From Candidatus Omnitrophota bacterium (GTDB taxonomy: Bacteria; Omnitrophota; Gorgyraeia; Gygaellales; Profunditerraquicolaceae): a stretch of 64,000 nt of DNA. The DNA is taken from assembly GCA_028717885.1 (NCBI GenBank), contig JAQUMX010000005.1, positions 4,838 through 68,837 on the forward strand, read 5' to 3'. Position 1 is the stretch's first letter. Each line of letters begins with the position of its first letter. Both the position numbers and the translations under genes were made by a program. Of the stretch, positions 6,528 to 15,784 are shown one piece after another. Under the pieces are notes generated by a model. It saw only the letters and a list, made by a program, of their open reading frames with translations, was not told the origin of the DNA and made no database searches.

Positions 6528-7634
6528 ATGCGTAATTCAGGAATAAAATGGATATTGGTTCTACTTACCGTTGGATTATTGTTGGCCGGTTGTGGCAACC
6601 GCGGGTCTCAAAAAGGACAGCAACAAGGTTGGCTGGAGGTCGGGGTCGTAACCATAAGAACTGAGCGCGTGGTGTTGACAGATGAATTGCCTGGCCGTAC
6701 GAACGCTTTTCTTACCGCCGAAATTCGGCCCCAAGTAAACGGCTTGATTCAGAAGCGCTTGTTTACAGAAGGCTCGGAAGTCAAAGCAGGACAAGTACTT
6801 TACCAAATTGATCCTGCCCAGTACCAGGCTGCTTATAATAAGGCTAAGGCCAATCTTCCGGCGCTTAAATTAAGAGTTGAACGCTACAGGGAAGCATTGG
6901 TTGATAAAGCAGTCAGCCAACAGGAATTTGATGATGCGGAAGCTGCCTATAAACAGGCGCAGGCGGAGACGGAAAACGCGCGGATAAACCTTAATTACAC
7001 CCAGGTTGTTTCGCCAATTACTGGGCGTATCGGAACCTCTAGCGTTACTGATGGAGATATTGTTACGGCATACCAGGCTACGACTTTAGCTACGGTGCAG
7101 CAGTTAGACCCGATTTATGTGGATATTCCTCAATCTACTTTGGAAATACTGCGTTTGCGCAAGAGCCTTGAAAACGGAGGGCTTAATTCAGATAATACCA
7201 ATCAAAATAAGGTAAAGCTGATTTTGGAAGACGGAACATCTTATCCTGCTGAGGGTACGCTTCAATTTCAGGATGTCACCGTAGATCCAACTACCAGCTC
7301 GGTAATCCTGCGGGCGATATTCCCTAATCCGAAAAATATCCTTTTGCCCGGGATGTTTGTCAGGGCAATAATCGTAGAGGGTGTGGATGAACAAGGAATT
7401 CTTGTTCTCCAGCAGGGAGTTTCTCGTAATACAAAAGGAGAAGCTGTGGCGTTAATTGTCGATAAAGAAGATAAAGTCCAACAGCGAATACTTTCGGTAG
7501 AAAAAATCATAGGTGATAAATGGCTTGTTTCCGCGGGGCTAAATCCCGGAGACAAGGTGATTGTTGAGGGAATCCAAAAGGTCAGGCCCGGAGTGGCGGT
7601 AAAGGCCGTTCCTTTTGAAGACAACAGGAATTAA
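6528..7634 (+). CDS. RND efflux periplasmic adaptor (AcrA/MexA type) lipoprotein
   Basis: The track starts at 6423, but the ATG at 6528 follows GGAGAAG and opens MRNSGIKWILVLLTVGLLLAGC (lipobox). Body shows typical MFP motifs (AEIRPQVNGLI, VVSPITGRIG). Confidence 0.88.
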   Translation: MRNSGIKWILVLLTVGLLLAGCGNRGSQKGQQQGWLEVGVVTIRTERVVLTDELPGRTNAFLTAEIRPQVNGLIQKRLFTEGSEVKAGQVLYQIDPAQYQAAYNKAKANLPALKLRVERYREALVDKAVSQQEFDDAEAAYKQAQAETENARINLNYTQVVSPITGRIGTSSVTDGDIVTAYQATTLATVQQLDPIYVDIPQSTLEILRLRKSLENGGLNSDNTNQNKVKLILEDGTSYPAEGTLQFQDVTVDPTTSSVILRAIFPNPKNILLPGMFVRAIIVEGVDEQGILVLQQGVSRNTKGEAVALIVDKEDKVQQRILSVEKIIGDKWLVSAGLNPGDKVIVEGIQKVRPGVAVKAVPFEDNRN

Positions 7635-7645
7635 ACGTAGAGACT

Positions 7646-10600
7646 ATGCTATCTAAGTTTTTTTTGAACCGTCCGGTTTTTGCATGGGTAATTGCCATTA
7701 TGATAATGGTTCTGGGTGGTTTGGCGGTTTTCACCCTGCCGGTTTCCCAATATCCGCCTATCGCCCCGCCGTCTATCCGCATCACAGCTCTTTATCCCGG
7801 CGCTTCCGCGGAAACCGTAGAAAACAGCATTACGCAAATCATTGAGCAGCAGATGACCGGTTTGGACAGGATGCTTTATATGTCCAGCTCCAGCGACTCT
7901 TCTGGTTCATCAAGTATTGAATTGACTTTTTCCCCGGGCACTGATCCGGATATTGCCTGGTCTAAGGTGCAAAATAAGCTTCAACTGGCCATGCCGCGGC
8001 TTCCTGAAGTAGTGCAGCGCCGTGGAGTTTCCGTACAGAAATCCACCCGTAATTATCTCCTGATAGTGGGATTAGTCTCTGAAGACGGCAGCATGACTGA
8101 TATTGATTTACGCGATTACATGCAAAGCGTCGTGCAGCCTGTTTTGGCGCGCGTGCCCGGAGTGGGCGAAGCAGAGTCGTTCGGCAGCGAATATGCCATG
8201 CGTATCTGGTTTGACCCTAGCAAGTTGGTCAGCTATGGGCTAACAGCGGACGATGTTATCAGGGCAATACAAAATTACAATGTTGAAGTTTCCGGCGGCC
8301 AGTTTGGTGACGCTCCGGCAATAAAAGGGCAGCGCCTGAACGCATCCATCATAGTGCAAAGCCTGCTAAAGACCCCGGAAGAATTTTCTGATATTCCTGT
8401 GCGCATTAATCCCGACGGATCAACGATTAGGATTAAAGATATCGGCCGCGTAGCATTGGGAAGCGACCAGATGAACATAAAGCTCTACTTTAACAAAGGG
8501 CAGCCTTCGGCAGGGCTCGCCATTCGCCAGGAGCCCGGAGCTAATTCCCTGCGTACGGTTGACGCCATCAAAGCCAAGATGGAAGAACTAAGCCATTATT
8601 TCCCGCCGGGGATGAAATTAACTTACCCTTATGATACCACGCCTTTTACCAGGGTCGCCATTAAGGAAGTATTTAAAACGCTGGTTGAGGCCATTGTTTT
8701 AGTTTTCCTGGTAATGTATTTGTTCATGGGCAATATCCGGGCAACTTTTATTCCTACAATCGCAGTGCCGGTGGTATTATTAGGGACTTTTGGGGTATTG
8801 GGAATAGCCGGGTTTTCCATTAACATGTTGACGATGTTTGCCATGGTATTGGCTATAGGCTTATTGGTAGACGACGCTATTGTCGTAGTGGAGAACGTGG
8901 AGCGTTTAATGAGCGAAGAGGGCCTTATGCCGCGGGAAGCAGCCGCTAAATCTATGGAGCAGATCACTCCCGCATTAATCGGCATCGGCCTTGTGCTTTC
9001 CGCGGTTTTCGGGCCGATGGCATTTTTTGGGGGCTCTACCGGCATTATTTACCGCCAATTTTCCGTAACCGTTATTGCCGCAATGTTACTTTCGGTGGTA
9101 GTGGCTTTAATCCTGACACCTGTTCTTTGCGCTTCGTTTCTTAAGCCGGTGCCAAAAGGGCATCAGCCAGCCGAAGGCGGAATCTGGTTTTTGCGGCCTT
9201 TTTTCCGTTGGTTTGACCGGATTTTCTTTAAGTCACGCGACTTATATGTCGGGCTGGTCAGTCATTCATTTAGCCGGAGCGCGCGGTATATCTTCTTTTA
9301 TTTTATAATCGTGGCGGCAATGTTATTTGTTTTCTTGCGCATGCCCACAGGCTACCTACCCGATGAAGATCAGGGAATCCTGGTTGTTATGGCTAATTTG
9401 CCTTCCGGAGCAACTCTTGAGCAATCTGAAGCGGTGCTGAAAAAGGTACAGCAGTATTTTACAGATCAAGAGAAAGATGCGGTTGAGTCAATCCTTACGA
9501 TCGCCGGAGCGAATCAGGCAGGCCACGGGCAAAATACGGGAATGGCTTTTATCAGGCTCAAAGACTGGGAGTTACGCAAAAAAGAAGAGCTAAAAGCGGA
9601 TGTGATAGCAAACCGCGCCATGAAGGAATTTATGTCATATAAAGAAGCGCTGGTTTACGCTTTTACTCCTCCGGCAATCGTTGAATTGGGCACTGCCAAA
9701 GGTTTTGATTTTGAGCTGCAGGATCGCGGCGGTGCAGGCCATGAAAAGCTGATGGAAGCACGCAGGCAGCTCTTGGAGATGGCCTCTAAAGACCCTCGCT
9801 TAAGCCGGGTGCGGGCAAACGGCCTGGAAGATGTGGCGCAGTATAAAATTGATTTGGATTGGGAAAAGGCCGGAAGCCTGGGGGTTCCCATTGCATCCAT
9901 CGAGGATGCGATTTCTACTACTTTTGGCTCAAGTTATGTCAATGATTTTATTAAAGACGGCAGAATTAAACATGTGGATATCCAGGCTGACGCTCTTTAC
10001 CGCATGCAGCCGGAAAATTTGAAAAACCTTTATGTACGGAATACCCAGGGAAAGATGGTGCCTTATTCTTCTTTTGCCTCCGGGCATTGGATTTTCGGCT
10101 CGCCGAAACTGGAACGCTACAATGCTTTTCCATCCGCCGAAATCCTGGGCGAAGCGGCAAAGGGCAGGAGTTCCGGCGAGGCAATGAAGGCGATGGAGGA
10201 ACTTTCAGCGAAACTGCCCCGCGAGTTCGGCCATGATTGGACAGGGCTTTCTTACCAGGAACGTCAGTCCGGCTCACAAGCTGGGCCGCTTTACGCCTTT
10301 TCTATTCTGATTATCTTTTTATGCGTGGCGGCATTGTATGAAAGCTGGAGTATCCCCATCGTGAATATGTTGATGTTGCCGCTGGGCGTTTTTGGAGCAA
10401 CGCTGGCAACGCATTTACGCGGTATGCCCAATGACGTTTATTTTCAGATCGGTTTCCTTACTACCTTAGGGTTATCCACTAAAAACGCTATTTTGATTAT
10501 TCAGTTTGCCCAGCATCGCATTGAAAACGGTGAAAAGATGATTGAGGCGACTCTGGGCGCGGTAAGAACCAGGTTCCGCCCGGTAATCATGACTTCTATG

Positions 10601-10837
10601 GCTTTTTTCTTTGGCGTCTTGCCGCTGGCAATTTCCACAGGCGCAGGCGCAGGCGCACAGAACGCCATAGGAACCGCGGTTGTCGGCGGGATGCTTTCTG
10701 CTACATTCATTGACCTTATTTTTATCCCGTTGTTTTTTATCATCGTATCCCGTTTTTTCAACCATAAAAAAGAGCGGTCGGCAGAAGTTACGGCTGCCGG
10801 ACAGGTAACGCGGAATAATATAAGGAAAAAGAATTAA
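7646..10837 (+). CDS. RND multidrug efflux permease (AcrB/MexB type)
   Basis: 1063 aa. N-terminus MLSKFFLNRPVFAWVIAIMIMVLGGLAVFTLPVSQYPPIAPPSI is the AcrB-family hallmark. 12-TM architecture with two large loops. Confidence 0.95.
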   Translation: MLSKFFLNRPVFAWVIAIMIMVLGGLAVFTLPVSQYPPIAPPSIRITALYPGASAETVENSITQIIEQQMTGLDRMLYMSSSSDSSGSSSIELTFSPGTDPDIAWSKVQNKLQLAMPRLPEVVQRRGVSVQKSTRNYLLIVGLVSEDGSMTDIDLRDYMQSVVQPVLARVPGVGEAESFGSEYAMRIWFDPSKLVSYGLTADDVIRAIQNYNVEVSGGQFGDAPAIKGQRLNASIIVQSLLKTPEEFSDIPVRINPDGSTIRIKDIGRVALGSDQMNIKLYFNKGQPSAGLAIRQEPGANSLRTVDAIKAKMEELSHYFPPGMKLTYPYDTTPFTRVAIKEVFKTLVEAIVLVFLVMYLFMGNIRATFIPTIAVPVVLLGTFGVLGIAGFSINMLTMFAMVLAIGLLVDDAIVVVENVERLMSEEGLMPREAAAKSMEQITPALIGIGLVLSAVFGPMAFFGGSTGIIYRQFSVTVIAAMLLSVVVALILTPVLCASFLKPVPKGHQPAEGGIWFLRPFFRWFDRIFFKSRDLYVGLVSHSFSRSARYIFFYFIIVAAMLFVFLRMPTGYLPDEDQGILVVMANLPSGATLEQSEAVLKKVQQYFTDQEKDAVESILTIAGANQAGHGQNTGMAFIRLKDWELRKKEELKADVIANRAMKEFMSYKEALVYAFTPPAIVELGTAKGFDFELQDRGGAGHEKLMEARRQLLEMASKDPRLSRVRANGLEDVAQYKIDLDWEKAGSLGVPIASIEDAISTTFGSSYVNDFIKDGRIKHVDIQADALYRMQPENLKNLYVRNTQGKMVPYSSFASGHWIFGSPKLERYNAFPSAEILGEAAKGRSSGEAMKAMEELSAKLPREFGHDWTGLSYQERQSGSQAGPLYAFSILIIFLCVAALYESWSIPIVNMLMLPLGVFGATLATHLRGMPNDVYFQIGFLTTLGLSTKNAILIIQFAQHRIENGEKMIEATLGAVRTRFRPVIMTSMAFFFGVLPLAISTGAGAGAQNAIGTAVVGGMLSATFIDLIFIPLFFIIVSRFFNHKKERSAEVTAAGQVTRNNIRKKN

Positions 10838-10838
10838 T

Positions 10839-12323
10839 ATGAAACGGTTAATGATTTTTGCGTTGGGTGTTGTTTTTTTGAGCGGATGTTCGCTGGCTCC
10901 GAAATATATCCGGCCGCAAGCTCCGGTCCCTAACCATTGGCCAAGCGGGCACTCTTATCCGAAGTCAGTGCCGGAATCAAATATTGTAGATGCCATGCAG
11001 TTGAAGTGGCAGGGATTCTTTACTGATCCCAAATTACAACAGATCATCCTGATGGCTTTGCAGAATAACCGTGATTTGCGGCTTGCCGCATTGAATGTGG
11101 AAAGGGCGCGGGCATTATACGGCATTCAGCGCTCTGAATTATTTCCGGTTATTGATGCGCAAAGCGGGTTTATTAAGCAGCGTGTTTCTGCCGATTCTTC
11201 GATTTCCGGGAAGTCATATATAACGCAGCAGTATAGCGCTGATCTGGGCATTACTGCCTGGGAGGTTGATTTTTTTGGCCGTATCCGCAACCTGACAAAA
11301 CAGGCATTAGAAGAATATCTGAATACGGAAGAGGCCCGCCGTAGCGCGCAAATCGCGTTAATTTCTGAAGTCGGCCGGACATACTTGGTTTTTGCCGCGG
11401 ATCAGGCTAACTTTATTTTGTCCAAATCTACTCTTGAGGCACAGCAAGGCGCTTATAAGCTGGTTCTGCGCCGGTACAATGCCAAGATCGCTCAGGAAAC
11501 TGATCTGCTCCGGGCGCAAACCCAGGTGGATACGGCTACGGTAGATGTTTTGCGTTATGCGCGGCAGTTGGCGCTGGATAAAAACGCATTAGACCTTTTA
11601 GCAGGTTCTTCTGTGCCGGAAGAGCTATTGCCTCCTGATTTGGCCAGCGTCAAGCAGTTTAAGAATATTTTTCCAGGTTTGCCTTCTGAGGTGCTTCTTA
11701 AACGCCCGGATATTATGGCCGCGGAACATAAATTAAAAGGCGCCTATGCCAATATCGGGGCAGCCCGGGCCGCTTTTTTCCCTAGTATCTCCATAACAAC
11801 TGCCCTTGGCACGGCAAGCAGCGCTTTTTCCGGCCTGTTTTCATCCGGCAGGTCTACTTGGACTTATGCACCTCAGGTTACGATGCCTATTTTTGATATG
11901 CGTATCTGGGCGGCGTATAGAGTCAGTGAGGCAGATCGCAAGATTGCGCTGACACAGTATGAAAAATCCATCCAGACAGCTTTCAGGGAAGTATCCGATG
12001 TTTTGGCTGTTCAAGGCACAGTGGATCAGCAAATAACAGCGCAACAGTCAAATGTAGATTCCGCGCAAAAGATTTACGGTCTTTCGAGTAAGCGCTATGC
12101 AGATGGTATTGATAGTTATTTAAGCGTCCTTGATGCGCAGCGCTCGCTTTATAGCGCGCAACGCGAGCTCATCGCTTTGCAAGTGATAAAGCTTGCTAAT
12201 GAGGTGAGGGGCTATGCGGTGCTGGGTGGAGGCGCATTAGGAGATATGGAAGAGAAGAGTAAAAGCAGCCGAGAGGCTTTACAAGACCATATCCTTTCTA
12301 TCTTGGATTCTAAGTCAAAATAA
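10839..12323 (+). CDS. outer-membrane efflux factor lipoprotein (OprM/NodT family)
   Basis: 494 aa with lipobox FLSGCSLAPKY. WWxxFxDPxL-like region WQGFFTDPKLQQII. Last gene of the adaptor-pump-OMF operon. Confidence 0.9.
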   Translation: MKRLMIFALGVVFLSGCSLAPKYIRPQAPVPNHWPSGHSYPKSVPESNIVDAMQLKWQGFFTDPKLQQIILMALQNNRDLRLAALNVERARALYGIQRSELFPVIDAQSGFIKQRVSADSSISGKSYITQQYSADLGITAWEVDFFGRIRNLTKQALEEYLNTEEARRSAQIALISEVGRTYLVFAADQANFILSKSTLEAQQGAYKLVLRRYNAKIAQETDLLRAQTQVDTATVDVLRYARQLALDKNALDLLAGSSVPEELLPPDLASVKQFKNIFPGLPSEVLLKRPDIMAAEHKLKGAYANIGAARAAFFPSISITTALGTASSAFSGLFSSGRSTWTYAPQVTMPIFDMRIWAAYRVSEADRKIALTQYEKSIQTAFREVSDVLAVQGTVDQQITAQQSNVDSAQKIYGLSSKRYADGIDSYLSVLDAQRSLYSAQRELIALQVIKLANEVRGYAVLGGGALGDMEEKSKSSREALQDHILSILDSKSK

Positions 12324-12366
12324 TCACAGCGTGTGAGGAAATTACCTCTCTAAACCGCGATTTTTC

Positions 12367-12394
12367 TTGTTTCCTGCCGTAGTTTCACTATAAT
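12367..12394 (+). promoter_or_regulatory. candidate sigma70 promoter of the 12466 transcription unit
   Basis: TTGTTT (12367-12372), 16-nt spacer, TATAAT (12389-12394). This places the 42-nt repeat copy 1 in the 5' UTR. Confidence 0.4.
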
Positions 12395-12411
12395 ACATAC
12401 CTGTAATTGCA

Positions 12412-12453
12412 GAGAGGTTTTCCTTCGGCTCATACGAGAGGGACCCCAATTTT
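12412..12453 (+). repeat. 42-nt intergenic repeat, copy 1 (5' UTR of the 12466 gene)
   Basis: GAGAGGTTTTCCTTCGGCTCATACGAGAGGGACCCCAATTTT. It is 39/42 identical to 13376-13417, and all three differences are transitions. Confidence 0.8.
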
Positions 12454-12465
12454 AATACAAATTGA

Positions 12466-12816
12466 ATGATAAAAGAAATTTGGAATAGTGGTTATGCGTG
12501 GAGGAGTAAGACAGAAGTATTTGGTTGGCCTTTAGTACACATTGCTATTGGGCGAGATCGGGAAACAGGAAAGTTTCTTGTCGCAAAGGGTATTATCGCA
12601 ATAGGGCAATTTGCGATAGGTATAGTCGCTATAGGGCAGTTTGCAGTTGGCTTAATATTTGGTTTGGCGCAATTTGCTGTAGGAATGTTTGCGGTCGCCC
12701 AGATCGCTGTGGGGTTTGTATTTGGCATAGGACAATTCGCAACAGGGATAATCGCTATTGGTCAGTTTGTCATAGGTAATTATGTGTTTTGTCAAACAGG
12801 CCTTCGAATATTTTGA
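12466..12816 (+). CDS. small hydrophobic protein built of about six tandem 10-11-residue repeats (consensus xxAIGQFAxG)
   Basis: 116 aa: ...IIAIGQFAIG IVAIGQFAVG LIFGLAQFAVG MFAVAQIAVG FVFGIGQFATG IIAIGQFVIG... The other frames are also open here only because of the repeats. Confidence 0.6.
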   Translation: MIKEIWNSGYAWRSKTEVFGWPLVHIAIGRDRETGKFLVAKGIIAIGQFAIGIVAIGQFAVGLIFGLAQFAVGMFAVAQIAVGFVFGIGQFATGIIAIGQFVIGNYVFCQTGLRIF

Positions 12817-12825
12817 AAATATGAT

Positions 12826-13377
12826 ATGCTGATGCGTAGAACATATTTAATTTTTTTCGTCTTTTTTCTCGCCCTTTTGTTTTTATCTCCCGTATCTAGT
12901 TACACAAACGACACTTTCATCGGTAAAGTTGCTCCTGTTTTTAAAGTAATGTCAGGTGATAAGAAAACTTTAACCTTAAATGATCTGAAAGGAAAAGTGG
13001 TGGTATTGTTTTATGAAACCAAAAGCGCCATTGAGCAAAATCGAAAGCTAAAGACTACCTTAAATATATTTTATGCCGAGCAGCCAAATCCCTTTAAAAA
13101 AGATATTATCAGAATCGGGGTGATTGATTGCCATGGTGTATTTTTTAGGGGTGCATGGGAAAAGGGCCTTCGCGATAATTCGTTGAAAGAGGGGATAACG
13201 ATATACGGAGATTGGGATGGGGAAATGGCAGCTGATTATCGAACCACAGAAGACGTAAGCAATGTGATAATCATAGATAAGAAAGGGATTGTAAGGTATT
13301 ATACTTCAGGCCAGGTTGAAGATAAAAATTTTAGCATAATCGAGAAATTGTTAGATAATCTGGTTAATAAAAAATGA
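12826..13377 (+). CDS. secreted thioredoxin-fold (AhpC/TSA- or YtfJ-like) protein lacking a redox Cys motif
   Basis: Signal peptide, then GKVAPVFKV..GDKKTLTLNDLKGKVVVLFYETKS. This is the redoxin-like pattern, but Ser replaces the catalytic Cys. Confidence 0.5.
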   Translation: MLMRRTYLIFFVFFLALLFLSPVSSYTNDTFIGKVAPVFKVMSGDKKTLTLNDLKGKVVVLFYETKSAIEQNRKLKTTLNIFYAEQPNPFKKDIIRIGVIDCHGVFFRGAWEKGLRDNSLKEGITIYGDWDGEMAADYRTTEDVSNVIIIDKKGIVRYYTSGQVEDKNFSIIEKLLDNLVNKK

Positions 13378-13417
13378 GAGGTTTTCCCTCGGCTCGTACG
13401 AGAGGGACCCCAACTTT
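13376..13417 (+). repeat. 42-nt intergenic repeat, copy 2 (overlaps the stop codon of the 12826 gene)
   Basis: GAGAGGTTTTCCCTCGGCTCGTACGAGAGGGACCCCAACTTT. Followed by the A/T-rich hairpin TTTTTGCC-TAA-GGCAAAAA at 13415-13433. Confidence 0.8.
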
Positions 13418-13470
13418 TTGCCTAAGGCAAAAAACGTACTTGAGGCTATTATAATTGTTGATTAGCCAAT

Positions 13471-13965
13471 ATGGACAATAAGAGCAATCAACCTACGGGG
13501 TTTAACAAGATTTTCGGCAGCGGCCCTGCCGGATTATTGGTTAGCGTTACGCTTTTTATCGTTGCGAACTGGCTCAACAAAAGAATCAATCCCCCGCCAT
13601 TGTCAAATAGCAGGTTTTTCCTTGGCTCAATATTCATCGTTTCGATCCTGGTGACGCTGACCGTAATCGTTTGGAGTATTAAGTCATTGTCTGCATCTGA
13701 ACGAGGCAATAAACTCTGCATCAGTGGCGTATTTAAGTATGTCCGTCATCCGCTCTACGCCGCTTTTTTGTCTATATTTAACTTCGGATTAGCTTTTTAT
13801 CTCAACAGCTACATTTTTGTTTTGTGGGCGCTGTTTCTGCATCCGATATGTCATTATCTCGTAAGATACGAAGAAAGAATGATGATTGACGCGTTTGGAG
13901 ATGCCTATATTGAATATCAGAGAAAAACGGGTCGATTTTTCCCAAGATTTGGATATAAGAAATGA
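13471..13965 (+). CDS. isoprenylcysteine carboxyl / phospholipid methyltransferase-family membrane protein
   Basis: C-terminal half GVFKYVRHPLYAAFL ... RYEERMMIDAFGDAYIEYQRKTGRFFP matches the ICMT/PEMT signature. Confidence 0.7.
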   Translation: MDNKSNQPTGFNKIFGSGPAGLLVSVTLFIVANWLNKRINPPPLSNSRFFLGSIFIVSILVTLTVIVWSIKSLSASERGNKLCISGVFKYVRHPLYAAFLSIFNFGLAFYLNSYIFVLWALFLHPICHYLVRYEERMMIDAFGDAYIEYQRKTGRFFPRFGYKK

Positions 13966-14226
13966 TAGTAAGCGGTTGAGGCATTTTCTTCCCGATAGAA
14001 AACTCCTTTGAAGTCCGAATATTGCGCTTTGGGAAACAGTCAGGAACTAAAAAATTGGCTTAATATTGGGCAGAGAGGTTGAAAGGAAAAAATAACAAAA
14101 ACACATTTTTTTAAACTATGTTATAATATGGTCGTTAATTAAAGATTTTTGCGTTGTCATCTTGTAAGTGAACACAAGGGAGTCGTTTATTATTTATAAT
14201 ATCATTTTGAATTTATCTTTTAGCCT

Positions 14227-15699
14227 ATGATATCGATTGAAAACATTTTATTATGGGTTGCGGTGCTAATATTCGTGAGCGCTGTTTCAAGTAAGCTTTC
14301 GGACAAGTTCGCCATACCTGCTTTGTTGCTATTCCTGGTTATCGGGATGCTTGTTGGTTCCGAAGGAATCGGCAGGATTTATTTTGATAATGCGCAGTTA
14401 GCCAAGTCCATTGGAGTTGTCGCCCTTATTTTTATCATTTTTTCCGGAGGGCTTGATACTAATTGGAAAGATACTAAAGCGGTACTTTGGCAAGGAGTAA
14501 TTCTTTCTACAGCAGGGGTTTTGTTGACCGCGATTATAACGGGCTTTTTCGCCGTTTATATCTTTAAATTTTCTCTCCTGGAAGGTATGCTCCTTGGCTC
14601 CATAGTTTCTTCGACCGATGCCGCAGCGGTATTCAGTATCTTAAGGTCTAAACGGATAGCCTTAAAACAGCCTCTGAAGCCATTACTTGAATTTGAATCC
14701 GGCAGCAATGATCCGATGGCGGTATTTTTGACTGCTGGTTTTCTTAGCATCTTGACTACGGAAAATATGGGTATTGCCGCCTTGATTCCCAGGTTTTTTC
14801 TGGATATGGGCATGGGCGCGGCTATAGGATATCTGATGGCTAAAGTTACCGTATTTTCCATTAGCCGCATGAAATTGTACTACGAAGGGCTGTATCCGGC
14901 GGTTATGATTTCCCTGGTCCTTTTGACTTATGTAATCGCTGTTTTCCTAAAAGGCAACGGGATACTGGCGGTATATATTGCGGGCTTGGTGCTTGGCAAC
15001 GCAGAATTCCCGAATAAAAGGATGATTGCAAAATTTCATGATGGCCTGGCATGGCTGATGCAAATCACGATGTTTATAACATTGGGCCTGCTGGTTTTTC
15101 CTTCTCATATTGTCCCGTTGATAGGCCCGGGATTATTATTAACGTTTCTTCTTATGGTGGTTGCCCGTCCTGCCAGCGTATTATTGTGCCTGTTGCCGTT
15201 TAAAATCAATATGCGCAAAAAAGCCATGGTCGCATGGGTTGGCCTTAGGGGCTCGGTTCCGATTATTCTGGCCACATTTCCTTTTATGGCGGGCATCGCA
15301 CAGGCGGACATTATTTTTAATATTGTTTTCTTTATTGTTATAGCATCAGTTCTTATCCAGGGGACATCTATTCCGATTGTTGCTAAAATATTGAGATTGG
15401 ACCTTCCCTGGTCTAATAAAACGCGTTATCCCATTGAATTCGAAAAGACAGAAGGCATTGATGCTAAACTAACGGATATAATAATCCCTTATAATTCAAT
15501 TGCCGCAGGTAAGATGATTCGCGATTTGGACGTTCCCGAGAAATGCCTGATTATGCTTATTTCCAGGAACGATAAGTTCATTATTCCTGCCGGGCCTACG
15601 ATTATAGAAGGCGGAGATGTCTTACTGGTACTTGCAAATACAGAGGACCTTTCTGTTTTTCAGCAAACCGTGCTGCACCTTAAGGAAAATCAAAAATAA
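14227..15699 (+). CDS. K+/H+ antiporter (CPA1, NhaP2/CvrA-like) with C-terminal TrkA-C domain
   Basis: 490 aa. LESGSNDPMAVFLT motif, about 11 TM segments, and a C-terminal soluble TrkA_C-like region (GKMIRDLDVPEKCLIMLISRNDKFIIPAGPTIIEGGDVLLVL). Confidence 0.85.
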   Translation: MISIENILLWVAVLIFVSAVSSKLSDKFAIPALLLFLVIGMLVGSEGIGRIYFDNAQLAKSIGVVALIFIIFSGGLDTNWKDTKAVLWQGVILSTAGVLLTAIITGFFAVYIFKFSLLEGMLLGSIVSSTDAAAVFSILRSKRIALKQPLKPLLEFESGSNDPMAVFLTAGFLSILTTENMGIAALIPRFFLDMGMGAAIGYLMAKVTVFSISRMKLYYEGLYPAVMISLVLLTYVIAVFLKGNGILAVYIAGLVLGNAEFPNKRMIAKFHDGLAWLMQITMFITLGLLVFPSHIVPLIGPGLLLTFLLMVVARPASVLLCLLPFKINMRKKAMVAWVGLRGSVPIILATFPFMAGIAQADIIFNIVFFIVIASVLIQGTSIPIVAKILRLDLPWSNKTRYPIEFEKTEGIDAKLTDIIIPYNSIAAGKMIRDLDVPEKCLIMLISRNDKFIIPAGPTIIEGGDVLLVLANTEDLSVFQQTVLHLKENQK

Positions 15700-15784
15700 A
15701 TTTCAAAATTCGCGGAAACTATTTTAAGGTTAATTTAAGCAATGAGTTATTCTAAAAACTTATCTGTATAGCCACAATATCACA

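Noticed and set aside
8629-9045. Long antisense or shadow ORFs inside well-supported genes. Examples: 8629-9045(-), 17004-17471(-), 35746-36246(-), 40688-41191(-), 46713-47129(-), 47595-47993(-), 50996-51439(-).
   Set aside because: Each lies fully within a gene that has strong family motifs on the opposite strand. None has an SD or recognisable motifs.
12492-12779. Alternative-frame ORFs 12492-12728(-) and 12525-12779(+)
   Set aside because: They are open only because of the 30-nt-periodic DNA repeat. The plus-frame 12466 ORF has a coherent hydrophobic repeat and an upstream promoter.
12412-13417. 23S rRNA fragment (because of UACGAGAGGGACC)
   Set aside because: The similarity is limited to about 13 nt with an extra G, and the bulged-G position varies between copies (G versus A). 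No flanking rRNA sequence is present. I kept it only as a curiosity inside the repeat finding.
13415-13433. Hairpin TTTTTGCC-TAA-GGCAAAAA as an intrinsic terminator of the 12826 gene
   Set aside because: The T-run is part of the stem rather than trailing it, and the G/C core is only 3 bp. It is not a canonical terminator, so it is not listed as a feature.
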